Assembly: GCA_965237415.1 (NCBI GenBank)
Contig: CBDEFM010000002.1
Location: 2,816,001-2,880,000, forward strand
Length of the DNA: 64,000 nucleotides
Reading direction: 5' to 3'
Source: Alphaproteobacteria bacterium
GTDB lineage: Bacteria; Pseudomonadota; Alphaproteobacteria; UBA828
In this document: in pieces, positions 8,899-19,080 of the stretch
Numbering within the stretch: the stretch's first letter is position 1
Layout: each line of letters begins with the position of its first letter
The notes under the pieces: model-generated
The model's input: only the letters and a program-made list of their open reading frames with translations
Databases searched by the model: none
Told to the model about the DNA's origin: nothing
Program-made: the position numbers and the translations under genes

Positions 8899-9917
8899 GC
8901 GATCTGGATCGCGAGCGCGAGCGGCAGCGCCGTGCCTTTGTGACGAATGCAAGCTGGGGCAGTACGACAGAGGCACCGCTCGCGGGCGATGCCTCGGCAC
9001 GGCGCTACACGCGACTCACGCAGGGCGATGCGACGGCCGTGCTTATGGACGACCCGCCGCCGGGGCACTCCGTCGGCGCCTTCGTGCGGATCGCGCGCCT
9101 GCTGCGCGGCATGGGCTACAGCGCCCCCGACGTGCTCGCGGCCGATGAGGTCCGGGGGTTCGCCCTGCTCGAGGATTTTGGCGACGACAGCTTTTCCGCT
9201 CTGCTCGCCAGCCCGGCGCCTGCGTCCCTCGAACGCACGCTCTACGAAGCGGCAACAGATTTTCTGGTCGACCTTCACCGGCAACCGGTGCCATCCGACC
9301 TGCCCCGTTATGATGCAGGCTGGATGCTCGATGACGCGAGGCTCTTCCTGGAGAGCATCGCCGATGAGGCGGCAAGCGCACCCATGGCGGCGGAATTCGA
9401 GGCGGCATGGTGCGGGCCGCTCGAAGAGGCGGCGGCGGGGCCGCAGGCGCTCTGCCTGCGGGATTTTCACGCCGGCAACCTGATGTGGCTGCCCGCGCGC
9501 GGCGACGGGAGCGGCGGGGGCGACGGGTGTGGGCTGGGCCGGGTCGGCCTGCTGGACTTTCAGGACGCGCGGTCGGGCCCCATCTCCTACGACCTCGTCT
9601 CGCTGCTTCAGGACGCGCGGCGCGAGCTCGGCACCGGGTTGGAGGCTGCGATGGTGGTGCGCTACCTGCGTGCTTGGCCCGGCCTCGACGAGGCAGCGTT
9701 CCGCGCGGCCTACGCCATTCTCGGTGCGCAGCGCGCGGTGCGGATCATCGGCGTCTTCGACCGCCTCGCGCGGCGGGATGGCAAGCCCGCCTACCTCGCC
9801 CATCTGCCACGCGTCTGGGGGCACCTCGGCCGCAATCTCGCCCATGCCTCGCTCGCCCCCGTGCGGGCCTGGTTCGACCGCTGGTGCCCCAAGTGCGCGG
9901 AGAACCTCACGCCGTGA
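8895..9917 (+). CDS. amgK: APH-family MurNAc/GlcNAc anomeric kinase
   Basis: LAGDASARRYTRL, LRDFHAGNLMWL, LLDFQDA, YDLVSLLQDAR; sits between tsaE and a nucleotidyltransferase. Confidence 0.85.
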   Translation: MSDLDRERERQRRAFVTNASWGSTTEAPLAGDASARRYTRLTQGDATAVLMDDPPPGHSVGAFVRIARLLRGMGYSAPDVLAADEVRGFALLEDFGDDSFSALLASPAPASLERTLYEAATDFLVDLHRQPVPSDLPRYDAGWMLDDARLFLESIADEAASAPMAAEFEAAWCGPLEEAAAGPQALCLRDFHAGNLMWLPARGDGSGGGDGCGLGRVGLLDFQDARSGPISYDLVSLLQDARRELGTGLEAAMVVRYLRAWPGLDEAAFRAAYAILGAQRAVRIIGVFDRLARRDGKPAYLAHLPRVWGHLGRNLAHASLAPVRAWFDRWCPKCAENLTP

Positions 9918-10654
9918 GCGCCCGGCCGAAGCACGGAATGGTGCTTGCTGCGGGCCTGGGCACGCGCATGCGCGCGGTGAGCGAGACGATCCCCAAACCG
10001 CTGGTGGCGCTTGCCGGCAAGCCGCTCATCGCCTACGCCCTCGAAAGCCTCGAACGGGCCGGCGTAGACGAGATCGTCGTCAACACCCACTACCTGGCGG
10101 CACAGATCGAATTATATCTTGCCGACTATGCCGCGCGGCCCGGCGCGGCCCGCATCCGCATTTCGCACGAAGAGGATCGGCTGGAGACCGGCGGCGGCGT
10201 CCGCCGGGCGCTCGGATGGCTCGGCGACGACGCCTTCTATGTTCTGAACAGCGATGCCGTCATCGCAGACCGCGGCGCGCCGGCGCTGGCGCGTCTTGCC
10301 GAGGCGTGGGACGGAGAAGCGATGGATGCGCTGCTCCTCCTCTGCCCCCTGGCGCGCGCGCTCGGGTGCGGGGGCGCGGGTGACTTCTTCCGCGATCGCG
10401 ACGGGCGCCTCAGCCGGCGCGGGGCAGCGGCAACCGCGCCCAACATGTTCACCGGCGTACAGCTCCTCCACCCCCGGCTCTTTGTCGGCGGGCCTGCCGG
10501 CGCCTATTCGCTCAACCGCCACTACGACGAGGCGATCCTCGCGGGTCGCCTGTTCGGGCTCGTCCATCGCGGCCACATGCTCCACGCGGGCTCGCCGGAA
10601 GGGCTGGCACAAGCCGAGCGCCATCTCGGCGGCGGGCGGGAAGGGGACGGATGA
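9914..10654 (+). CDS. murU: MurNAc-alpha-1-P uridylyltransferase-type nucleotidyltransferase
   Basis: MVLAAGLGTRMR...PKPLV, VVNTHY, LETGGG. Confidence 0.85.
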   Translation: MSARPKHGMVLAAGLGTRMRAVSETIPKPLVALAGKPLIAYALESLERAGVDEIVVNTHYLAAQIELYLADYAARPGAARIRISHEEDRLETGGGVRRALGWLGDDAFYVLNSDAVIADRGAPALARLAEAWDGEAMDALLLLCPLARALGCGGAGDFFRDRDGRLSRRGAAATAPNMFTGVQLLHPRLFVGGPAGAYSLNRHYDEAILAGRLFGLVHRGHMLHAGSPEGLAQAERHLGGGREGDG

Positions 10655-13653
10655 GCGGGCGAACGGGGGGGGACGTGCGGCCCACCGTCTACACGGTGCC
10701 GCCCCATGAGCCGTTCGTCGACGCGCTCGCGGGTGGCATCCTGTCGGGCCGGACCGTGCCGCTCGACCCCGGCGATCCGCTGGCGCTGAGCCGGCTCACG
10801 ATCCTGCTGCCGACGCGCCGGTCCTGCCGTGCGCTTGGCCTCGCCTTCCTCCGCGCAGCACCGGGGCTGGCGCTGCTGCTGCCGCGCATCCGGCCCCTCG
10901 GCGACATCGACGAGGACGAGATGAGCATCGGCGACGAGGCCGACGAGACGCTGCCCGACGCCGTCTCGCCGCTCGAGCGTCGCCTGCTGTTATCTCAACT
11001 TATCCAGAGGCTCGGCGAGACCCCCGGCGGCGCGGCGCTGACCGGGGCGGGGACCGTGGATCAGGCCGCGCGGCTTGCTCAGGCGCTTGCCAGTCTGCTG
11101 GACGAGATTCAGATCGCCCGGATCGACCCGCAGGGACTGGCCACGCTCGCGCCGGAGGAATACGCGGCCCATTGGCAGCAGGTGCTGCGCTTCCTCTCGC
11201 TCATCACCGACCGTTGGCCTGCGATCCTGGCGGAGCGGGGCCAGATGGATCCGGCCGCACGCCGCAACGCCCTGCTGGAAGATATCGCGAAGCGCTGGGA
11301 GGCGGGGCCGCCGGCCTATCCGGTGATCGGCGCAGGCTCGACCGGGAGCGTCCCTGCCACCCGCGACCTGCTGGCCGCCATCGCACGCCTACCGCAGGGC
11401 GCCGTCGTCCTCCCCGGCCTCGACACGCAAGCGGACGACGAGACGTGGGAGGCCATCGGCCCCACCCATCCCCAATACGCGCTGAAGGGTCTGCTCGCGC
11501 ATATCGGCGTTGCGCGCGAGGCCGTTCAGCCGTGGCCGGCCGAAGAGGGGCCGGGCGCCAGCGCCACCCGTGCCCGCGCCCGATTGATCGCCGACGCCAT
11601 GCGGCCGGCGGAGACCATCACCGCCTGGCGCGCGCGACCGCCGCAGGAGCCCGAGGCGCACCGCAATTTCCACCGCATCGACTGTGCGAGCCCGCAGGAG
11701 GAAGCGGGCGTCATCGCCATCGTCATGCGGCGCGCACTGGAGACCCCCGGCCGCACCGCCGCGCTCGTCGCGATGGACCGCGCGCTGGCCCGTCGGGTCG
11801 CGGCGGAGCTCCGGCGCTGGGGGATCGCGGTGGACGATTCGGCCGGTGTGCCGCTCGGCGAAACGGCGCCGGGCGCGTATCTCAGGCTCACCGCGCGGCT
11901 CGTTGCCGAAGACGCAGCGCCTGTCCCCCTGCTCGCCGCTCTCAAGCACCCGCTTGCGGCCGGCGGCATGGCGCCAGCGGCGTGGCGCCGCTCCGTCAGG
12001 GCCATGGAGCGGGCGATCCTGCGCGGCCCCAGGCCCGCGCCGGGGTTTGGCGGCTTGCGGTCGGCACTGAAGGGGCGCGACCCCGCCACCGACCGCTGGC
12101 TCGCCCGGTTGGAGAAGGGCGCCGCTCCGTTCGCCGCCCTTATGGCGCAGTCGAGCGCCGCGCTCGGCGAGCTCGTGCAGGCCCATGTCGGCTTCTCGGA
12201 ATGGCTCGCGGCCGCGGACAACGAAGACGGGGCCGCGCGGCTCTGGTCCGGTGAGGCCGGCGAGCAGGCGGCGCGCTTCGTCGCGGGACTCGCGGATGCT
12301 GCGTCGGCGCTGCCCCCCGTCGTGCCGCCCACTCACTATCCGGCGCTGCTCGATGCGCTGATGGAGGACCATGTGGTCCGCCCGCCCTTCGGCCGTCATC
12401 CCCGTCTGCAAATTTGGGGTCCCCTGGAGGCTCGCTTGCAGCACGCCGATTGCATGATCCTTGGCGGGTTGAACGAGAGTGTTTGGCCGCCGGCGGCGCG
12501 GGGCGATCCCTGGATGAGCCGCCCCATGCGCGCGGACTTCGGCTTGCCGCCGCCGGAGTTCCGCATCGGGCTCTCGGCCCACGACTTCGTCCAGTGCTGC
12601 GGGGCAGCGGAGGTCTATCTCACCCGGGCACGGCGCATCGAGGGGACGCCGACGATCCCGTCGCGCTGGCTCCAGCGCCTCGATGCACTGCTGGCGGGCG
12701 AGCCCGGCGGCCCGACGGCGCTCCGTACCGTGGAGCCGGCGCTGCTTGCCTGGTGGTCGGCCCTCGACCGGTCTGTGGAGGCACCCGGCTCCCGGCCTGC
12801 GCCGGCGCCCGCGCCGCCGGTCGCGGCACGGCCGAGGCGGCTCTCGGTCACACGGATCGAGACCTGGATCGCCGACCCCTATTCCATCTATGCGCGGGAC
12901 ATTCTCCGCCTCCGGCCCCTCGACCCCGTCGACGCGGACCCGAGCGCGGCGGAGCGCGGCACCGTCATCCACCGGATTCTGGAGGCCTTCGTACGCGCTC
13001 ATCCCGATGCGCTGCCTGCGGATGCCGAAGAGAAGCTGCTCGCGCTCGGCCGGGGGCACTTCGAGGCAGCGGGCGCGCGGCCCGGCGTTCTCGCCTTCTG
13101 GTGGCCGCGCTTCGAGCGCATCGTCCGCTGGTTCCTGGAGATCGAACGGGCGCGCAGACCCGCATTCCAACCGCTTGCGACCGAGGTGGAGGGTGCGCTC
13201 GACCTGGACGCGCCCGGGGGCTCCTTCCGCCTCACGGCGAAGGCGGACCGCATCGACAGGACCGACACGGGCGCGCTGGAGATCATCGATTACAAGACCG
13301 GCGCCGTTCCGAGAAGAAACCAGGTCGTAGACGGCAGGTGCCCGCAGCTCTCGCTGGAGGCGGCGATTGCGGGTGCGGGCGGCTTCGCAGGCGTGGACGC
13401 GGCCGAAGTCGCGGCGCTCGCGTACTGGAAGTTGAGCGGCGCCGAGACCGCCGGCGAGATCACCGCGATCGGCGGCGATGCGGATAAGCTCGCGCGCGAG
13501 GCGGCTGACGGCCTGCGGGCGCTGGTCGCTCGCTTCGACGATTCCGGGACACCCTATCACCCGGTGCCCCGGCCGGCGCTGGCTCCTGCCTGGAACGACT
13601 ACGCCCACCTCGCCCGGCACAAGGAGTGGTCGGTGCCTGGCGGAGACCCATGA
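10651..13653 (+). CDS. addB: double-strand break repair protein AddB
   Basis: ILLPTRR, AGSTGSVPATRDLL, IWGPLEARLQ, C-terminal nuclease ADRID...IIDYKTG...PQLSLEA. Confidence 0.95.
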   Translation: MSGRTGGDVRPTVYTVPPHEPFVDALAGGILSGRTVPLDPGDPLALSRLTILLPTRRSCRALGLAFLRAAPGLALLLPRIRPLGDIDEDEMSIGDEADETLPDAVSPLERRLLLSQLIQRLGETPGGAALTGAGTVDQAARLAQALASLLDEIQIARIDPQGLATLAPEEYAAHWQQVLRFLSLITDRWPAILAERGQMDPAARRNALLEDIAKRWEAGPPAYPVIGAGSTGSVPATRDLLAAIARLPQGAVVLPGLDTQADDETWEAIGPTHPQYALKGLLAHIGVAREAVQPWPAEEGPGASATRARARLIADAMRPAETITAWRARPPQEPEAHRNFHRIDCASPQEEAGVIAIVMRRALETPGRTAALVAMDRALARRVAAELRRWGIAVDDSAGVPLGETAPGAYLRLTARLVAEDAAPVPLLAALKHPLAAGGMAPAAWRRSVRAMERAILRGPRPAPGFGGLRSALKGRDPATDRWLARLEKGAAPFAALMAQSSAALGELVQAHVGFSEWLAAADNEDGAARLWSGEAGEQAARFVAGLADAASALPPVVPPTHYPALLDALMEDHVVRPPFGRHPRLQIWGPLEARLQHADCMILGGLNESVWPPAARGDPWMSRPMRADFGLPPPEFRIGLSAHDFVQCCGAAEVYLTRARRIEGTPTIPSRWLQRLDALLAGEPGGPTALRTVEPALLAWWSALDRSVEAPGSRPAPAPAPPVAARPRRLSVTRIETWIADPYSIYARDILRLRPLDPVDADPSAAERGTVIHRILEAFVRAHPDALPADAEEKLLALGRGHFEAAGARPGVLAFWWPRFERIVRWFLEIERARRPAFQPLATEVEGALDLDAPGGSFRLTAKADRIDRTDTGALEIIDYKTGAVPRRNQVVDGRCPQLSLEAAIAGAGGFAGVDAAEVAALAYWKLSGAETAGEITAIGGDADKLAREAADGLRALVARFDDSGTPYHPVPRPALAPAWNDYAHLARHKEWSVPGGDP

Positions 13654-16600
13654 TGGCTGTGCACGCACCCAGGATGACGCCGGCTCAGCACAGGGCGTCG
13701 GATCCGGCGGCCTCGGTCTGGGTCGGTGCCTCGGCCGGCACGGGCAAGACCAAGGTGCTGACGGACCGCGTGCTGCGGCTGCTGTTGGGGGGCACGGTGC
13801 CCGAGCGCATCCTCTGCCTCACCTTCACCCGCGCGGCCGCCGCCGAGATGGCGCTCCGGATCACGCGCGATCTCGCGCGCTGGACTGTGGCCGACGACGA
13901 CGCGCTCGCCGTTTCGCTCAAGGTGCTGACCGGGGCCGAACCAGCGCAAGCCACGCTCGACCGCGCGCGCCGCCTCTTCGCCGCCGTGCTCGACGTGCCC
14001 GACGGGCTCAAAATCCAGACCATCCACGCCTTCTGCCAGTCGCTGCTGCGGCGTTTTCCCCTCGAAGCGGGCGTCGCCCCCAATTTCGAGATCGCCGACG
14101 AGCGCATGAGTGCGGCGCTCCTTGGCGCGGCGCGCGCGCGCCTGCTGAGCAACGCCCGGCCCGGCATTGACGACGCTCTCGCCTCCGCCCTTGCCACCAT
14201 GACTGCCGTTACCGGCGAGGAGGGCTTCGGTGCCTTGCTGGCAAACGTGAGCCGCGAGAGGGATCGTTTCTCAGCGCTGATAGCGCGTCATGGCGGTATC
14301 GAAGGCGCGATCGGGGCGCTCCGGGCCCGGCTGGGCGTGGCCGAGGGCGGGACACCGGACGGATTTCTCGCCGAGGGGTGTGCCGAGGGCGCGTTCGACG
14401 GCGACAGCCTGGCGAGCGCCGCCCGCGTGCTCGCCGGGGGGACCGTGACGGACCAGAGGCGGGCGCAGACGATTGCGGGATGGCTCGACGCCCACCATGA
14501 GGGGCGGACGGCAGGGTTCGCCGCCTATCGCCGCGCCTATTTCGGCCAGAACGACGCGCCTCTCCAGCGGCTCATCACCAGGAAGCTCGGCGATGCGCAC
14601 CCCGACGCGGCTGAGGCGCTCGGCGAGGAGCAGGCGCGGATCTGCGTTGTCACAGACCGTTGGAACGCAGCCCGCGTTGCCGAGAGCAGCGCTGCTCTTA
14701 TCGAGATCGCGGCCCGTCATCTCTCCTTCTACGGGGCTGAGAAGACCCGTCATGCCGTGCTCGACTATGGCGATCAGATCGCGTTCAGCCGCCGCCTGCT
14801 TGCGCTCGAAGGCATTGCACCCTGGGTGCTCTACAAGCTCGATGGCGGCCTCGACCACCTGCTGATCGACGAGGCGCAGGACACGAGCCCGACGCAATGG
14901 GCCGTGATTGCGGCGCTGGCCGAAGAGTTCTTTGCCGGCGAAAGCGCACGCGCCGCGCCGCGCACGCTGTTCGCAGTCGGCGACGAGAAGCAGTCGATCT
15001 TCAGCTTCCAGGGGGCCGATGCGCGGGCGCTCACCGCTGCCCATCGGCAGTTCCGGGGCCGGGCGAAGGCTGCCGGGCGGCCGTGGGAATCGCTGCCCTT
15101 GGCCGAATCCTTCCGCTCCACCGGCGCGGTGCTTGCCGCGGTTGATGCCGTGTTCGCCCAGCCGGCGGCGCGCGCCGGCGTCACCGCCGAGGCGACACCG
15201 ATCCACCACCGGGTCCATCGCGCGGGCGCTGCAGGCCGGGTCGAGCTGTGGCCCCCCGTCGTGCCCGAAGAGAAGGAGAAAATCGAGCCGTGGACATTAC
15301 CGGTCGTGCGCGAGGGGGCCGACGACCCGGCGGCGCGGCTCGCCGCGCTCATCGCAGAACGGGTCGCATCGTGGACCCAAGAGCCGGCGGAGGCTGGGGA
15401 CGACGCCTGGCTCGAAGCGCGCGGCCGCGCCATCCGGCCTGGCGACGTGCTGGTGTTGGTGCGCCGCCGCGGCCCGTTCGTGGATCACCTGCTGAGGGCC
15501 TTCACGGCGCGCGGCGTGCCGGTGGCGGGGATCGACCGCATGGTGCTGACCGAACAGCTCGCGGTCATGGACCTGATCGCCCTCGGCGATGCCTGCCTGC
15601 TGCCGGGCGACGACCTGACCCTTGCCACGGTGCTCAAGAGCCCGCTGATCGGGCTCGACGAGGATGCGCTGTTCGCGCTTGCGTACGAGCGCGGCGACGC
15701 CAGCCTGTGGGCGACGCTCGCCCGGCGCCGTGGCGAGAACGAGGCATTCGCAGGCGCTTACGAGGCTTTGACCTTCTTCCGCAGCGCTGCGGATAGGATG
15801 GCCCCCTTCGAGTTCTACAGCGAGGTGCTGGGCGCGCGCGGCGGGCGAGCGGCCCTGCTCGGCCGCCTCGGCCCTGAATCGGGGGACGCCATGGAGGAGT
15901 TCCTGGCGCTGGCACTCGCCTATGGCCGCACCCATCCGCCCTCGCTCCAGGGCTTCCTGCACTGGGTCCAGGACGGGCGCGCGGAGATCGCACGCGACTT
16001 CGAGCAGGGCCGGGACGAGGTGCGGATCATGACCGTGCATGGCGCCAAGGGGCTGGAGGCGCCGGTGGTCTTCCTGCCCGATACCATGCGCAAGCCCCTC
16101 GCCAGGGACCCGCTCGTCTGGCTGGAGGAGGAGCGGCCGGATTTGAGCGTCGGCACGCCCGAGGCCCTGCTCTTCGCCGGGCGGGCGAGCCGGGAGGACC
16201 CGCTCACCCGTGCCGTCCGCGCTCACGCCCGCACCGCCCAAGAGGAGGAATACCGCCGGCTCCTCTACGTCGCCATGACGCGTGCGGAGGACCGGCTTTA
16301 CGTTTGCGGCTGGCAGGGCCGGGACACACCGCCCGAGGATTGCTGGTACGCGCTGGTGCGCCAAGGCATGGAGAGCCTGATGGGAGTTGAGACCCTGGCG
16401 GTGCCAAATGGCGCAATGCCGGAGGGCACGGGCCTGGTCTATGCCGAGCCGCAGACGGCGCCGCTCCCGCCACGTGCCGAGCCGGCGCCGGAGGGCGACG
16501 CGGCCCCGCCGCTGCCGCCGGAGCTGCTCGCACCGCCCGGCGCCGAGCCCCCGGCGCCCCGCCCGCTCGCGCCCTCCCGTGCTTTGGCGGAGCCTGCGCC

Positions 16601-17099
16601 GCGTTCGCCGATCGACGGAACCGGGAGTCTCGCCCGCCTGCGCGGCATTGCCGCCCACAAGCTGCTGGAACATCTGCCGGCGCTGGCTACGGCCGATCGG
16701 CCCATTGCTGCGCGTCGCCTGCTCGCGCCCTATGACCTCGACCAGGGAGAGAGGGAGGCGCTGGCGGCGTCCATGATCGATCTCGTTGCCGACCCGGCGT
16801 TCGCCGCGCTCTTCGCCCCCGATGCTTTGGTGGAGGCTCCCATCAGTGCCATCGTGGGCGACCGGGTGATCACGGGTCAGATCGACCGGCTGCTCGTGGG
16901 CGAGCGGGAGGTGACCGCCCTCGACTACAAGACCGGCCGTGCCCCGCCTGAGAACGAAAGCACGGTGCCCGAGGCCTATCGCGTCCAGATGGAGAGCTAC
17001 CGTGCGGCGCTCGCCGCGGTCTTCCCGGACCGCAGGATCACCTGCGGCCTGCTCTTCGTCGATGCCCCCCGCCTGATCTGGCTACAGGAGGCCGCCTGA
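13650..17099 (+). CDS. addA: helicase/nuclease AddA
   Basis: ASAGTGKTKVLTDRVLRLLL, LIDEAQDT, VGDEKQSIFSFQGA, MTVHGAKGLEA, LLYVAMTRAED, GQIDRL...DYKTG. Confidence 0.96.
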   Translation: MMAVHAPRMTPAQHRASDPAASVWVGASAGTGKTKVLTDRVLRLLLGGTVPERILCLTFTRAAAAEMALRITRDLARWTVADDDALAVSLKVLTGAEPAQATLDRARRLFAAVLDVPDGLKIQTIHAFCQSLLRRFPLEAGVAPNFEIADERMSAALLGAARARLLSNARPGIDDALASALATMTAVTGEEGFGALLANVSRERDRFSALIARHGGIEGAIGALRARLGVAEGGTPDGFLAEGCAEGAFDGDSLASAARVLAGGTVTDQRRAQTIAGWLDAHHEGRTAGFAAYRRAYFGQNDAPLQRLITRKLGDAHPDAAEALGEEQARICVVTDRWNAARVAESSAALIEIAARHLSFYGAEKTRHAVLDYGDQIAFSRRLLALEGIAPWVLYKLDGGLDHLLIDEAQDTSPTQWAVIAALAEEFFAGESARAAPRTLFAVGDEKQSIFSFQGADARALTAAHRQFRGRAKAAGRPWESLPLAESFRSTGAVLAAVDAVFAQPAARAGVTAEATPIHHRVHRAGAAGRVELWPPVVPEEKEKIEPWTLPVVREGADDPAARLAALIAERVASWTQEPAEAGDDAWLEARGRAIRPGDVLVLVRRRGPFVDHLLRAFTARGVPVAGIDRMVLTEQLAVMDLIALGDACLLPGDDLTLATVLKSPLIGLDEDALFALAYERGDASLWATLARRRGENEAFAGAYEALTFFRSAADRMAPFEFYSEVLGARGGRAALLGRLGPESGDAMEEFLALALAYGRTHPPSLQGFLHWVQDGRAEIARDFEQGRDEVRIMTVHGAKGLEAPVVFLPDTMRKPLARDPLVWLEEERPDLSVGTPEALLFAGRASREDPLTRAVRAHARTAQEEEYRRLLYVAMTRAEDRLYVCGWQGRDTPPEDCWYALVRQGMESLMGVETLAVPNGAMPEGTGLVYAEPQTAPLPPRAEPAPEGDAAPPLPPELLAPPGAEPPAPRPLAPSRALAEPAPRSPIDGTGSLARLRGIAAHKLLEHLPALATADRPIAARRLLAPYDLDQGEREALAASMIDLVADPAFAALFAPDALVEAPISAIVGDRVITGQIDRLLVGEREVTALDYKTGRAPPENESTVPEAYRVQMESYRAALAAVFPDRRITCGLLFVDAPRLIWLQEAA

Positions 17100-17110
17100 A
17101 CGCTAAAGCC

Positions 17111-17141
17111 AGAGCGTTTCCGTCTCACACGGAAACGCTCT
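17111..17141. repeat. perfect 13-bp inverted repeat (REP-like palindrome or bidirectional terminator)
   Basis: AGAGCGTTTCCGT-CTCAC-ACGGAAACGCTCT between convergent addA and lactonase genes. Confidence 0.8.
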
Positions 17142-17145
17142 ACCC

Positions 17146-18048
17146 TCAGCCGGCGAAGCGGTGCTCGGGAAGGCCGCGCACACCGAGGCCTGAGACCGCG
17201 AGGATTCCGCCGCCGTGGGGCTGCGGCTTGGAGGCCTCGCCGAAGATTTTCTGAGCCTCGGGGCCGAGGAAGTCGGTGCGCCCCATCGAGGTGAGGTACG
17301 CCACGTCGAGGTTGTCGCCGCCGAACATGATGCTTGTGATGGTCTTGGTCGGCACCGGCACGCGGCGGTCGACCGTGCCGTCCGGCGCGTAGCGCACGAG
17401 CTGGCCCGAGACGATCTGCGCGTTCCAGAGATACCCCTCGGCATCGATCGTGGAGCCATCCGGGATGCCGGGCTCGTCGTGGGTGTTGGCGAAGACCCGC
17501 TTGTTGGAGATCGCGCCGGTCTCGAAATCGTAGTCGTAGGCGTAGATCTCCTGCATGTAGGAATCGGTGTGATAGAAGGTCTTGTTGTCGGGGCTCCAGC
17601 TCGGCCCGTTGTTGCAGATGATGCCACGCTCCAGCTCGTGCACGGTAAGGTCGGGGTCGAGCCTGAAGAGGCCGCAGATCGGCGCTTCGGAGATTTCATC
17701 CTCGCCGCCGGCGAAGAAGCGGCCGCGGCGGTCCACCTTGCCGTCGTTGAAGAGCGAGCGCGGCTCGTCCGCGTCGACGAGGGCGATGAGTTCGGTCTCG
17801 CCGCTATCGAGGTCCATGAAGTAGAACCCGTCGCGCATGGTCAGCACGCCGCCGCCCTGCTCCCGGAGCGCAAAGGCGCCCACCGTCTTCGGCAGCGTCC
17901 AGGTGCGAGTCTTGCCGGTGCGGGGATCGAGGCGCCAGACCTCCTTGTCCAGCATGTCGACCCAATAGAGGACTCCCTCCACCGGGTCCCAGACCGGCCC
18001 CTCGCCGAGATAGTTGCCCGCCTCCACCACGCATTCGATCTTGACCAT
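17146..18048 (-). CDS. SMP-30/gluconolactonase/LRE family protein
   Basis: LGEGPVWD, FNDGKVDRRGRF, NGPSWSPD, PDGSTIDAEGYLW. Confidence 0.9.
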   Translation of the reverse strand: MVKIECVVEAGNYLGEGPVWDPVEGVLYWVDMLDKEVWRLDPRTGKTRTWTLPKTVGAFALREQGGGVLTMRDGFYFMDLDSGETELIALVDADEPRSLFNDGKVDRRGRFFAGGEDEISEAPICGLFRLDPDLTVHELERGIICNNGPSWSPDNKTFYHTDSYMQEIYAYDYDFETGAISNKRVFANTHDEPGIPDGSTIDAEGYLWNAQIVSGQLVRYAPDGTVDRRVPVPTKTITSIMFGGDNLDVAYLTSMGRTDFLGPEAQKIFGEASKPQPHGGGILAVSGLGVRGLPEHRFAG

Positions 18049-18169
18049 CGCGGCCTCCCTCAGCCTTCTGACGCTCCTCGCCTGCCGGCGCACGGACGGC
18101 TCGGAGAGGAGCCGGGACGGCACAACTATACGCCTGTAAGCGCTCGCGCGGAGTCCCGGAGGCTGCGCA

Positions 18170-18583
18170 TCAACACGCCATGACCCCGACATGACCGTGT
18201 TCCCCATAGGTGAGCAGGTGGCGGTCACGGGTCACCAACGTGTATCCAAAAGCTCGCGCTGTCGCGGCGAGGATGCGGTCCACCGGATCCGCGGGCGGCG
18301 CATCGGGAAGAGCGCATGATGCGATCAGCACCGGGGGCGGCATTGCCGCGAGCGCCACCCCCGGCAGCGCGAGAACACGATCGAACCACACCTCGGGGGC
18401 GAGCGAGAGAGCGATCTTCGCCTTTGCCGTAAGCATGGCGATTTCCCACGCGGTCATGGGAGACACCGCGAGGTTCCCGCCTTCCGCGTATGCCTCCCTC
18501 AACGCACTTGCGGCCGGCTCCCGCAGCGGATCGCCGTTCGCGATCCAGATCACCGCGCAGGTGTCGAGCAGGAAGACAGACAT
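18170..18583 (-). CDS. vapC: PIN-domain VapC toxin
   Basis: FLLDTCAVIW, SPMTAWEIA, DPVDRILAATA, LVTRD acidic PIN motifs. Confidence 0.9.
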   Translation of the reverse strand: MSVFLLDTCAVIWIANGDPLREPAASALREAYAEGGNLAVSPMTAWEIAMLTAKAKIALSLAPEVWFDRVLALPGVALAAMPPPVLIASCALPDAPPADPVDRILAATARAFGYTLVTRDRHLLTYGEHGHVGVMAC

Positions 18584-18589
18584 CGCCGG

Positions 18590-19012
18590 CTACCGCCCGG
18601 CCTCCCAATCCGCCTCGGCCGGTGCGGTTAGGTCGGTCCCCGGCTTGATCGTTACCGTGCCCTTGAGGGCGCCGAAAACGGATGAGAATGAACCGGAATC
18701 GCTCATAGCAGGAGACCTCGCCTCGTCTCGAAGTACCCGTCCGCTGGTCTCGGTCGCGGGCCAGTACTGCGTGGATTTCACGAACACCAGCTTCTGGCCC
18801 TCCATGTCCACGTTCTGCGTCTTGTACCCTGCCTCGAGCCACGATCGGGTGATGACACTATTCGCGGGATTGTTGGACCACCACGGTCGATGCTTGAAGG
18901 CCGAGGGCGGCAAATTCGTGCCGATGATCCGCTCAATGTCAGCGAAGGTCATGGGCACGGTCTCTTGCCCCACCTCACGCAGGTGAGCCGCCAGGGGCGC
19001 ATACTTGGACAT
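18590..19012 (-). CDS. putative antitoxin: DUF7662-like N-terminal domain plus VapB-like C-terminal tail
   Basis: MSKYAPLAAHL...MTFADIERIIGTNLPPSAFKHRPWWSN, then C-terminal FGALKGTVTIKPGTDLTAPAEADW; 6 bp upstream of the PIN gene. Confidence 0.65.
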   Translation of the reverse strand: MSKYAPLAAHLREVGQETVPMTFADIERIIGTNLPPSAFKHRPWWSNNPANSVITRSWLEAGYKTQNVDMEGQKLVFVKSTQYWPATETSGRVLRDEARSPAMSDSGSFSSVFGALKGTVTIKPGTDLTAPAEADWEAGR

Positions 19013-19030
19013 GCCGACCACTCCTCTTTT

Positions 19031-19080
19031 AGGTAGTATCGGTATATAGCTCATTATACCTAGTAAACCTACCTTTTTTG
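19031..19080 (-). promoter_or_regulatory. AT-rich promoter/operator of the TA pair
   Basis: Abrupt AT-rich patch with nested inverted repeats AGGTAG...CTACCT and GGTATA...TATACC; AAGAGGAG RBS on the minus strand just downstream. Confidence 0.5.

Noticed and set aside
4925-16673. Long antisense and alternate-frame ORFs (e.g. 4925-6994, 7074-8606, 11389-13668, 15297-16673; also 22837-25491 and 54416-56992)
   Set aside because: They overlap well-supported genes, carry no family motifs, and are expected shadows of high-GC codon usage.
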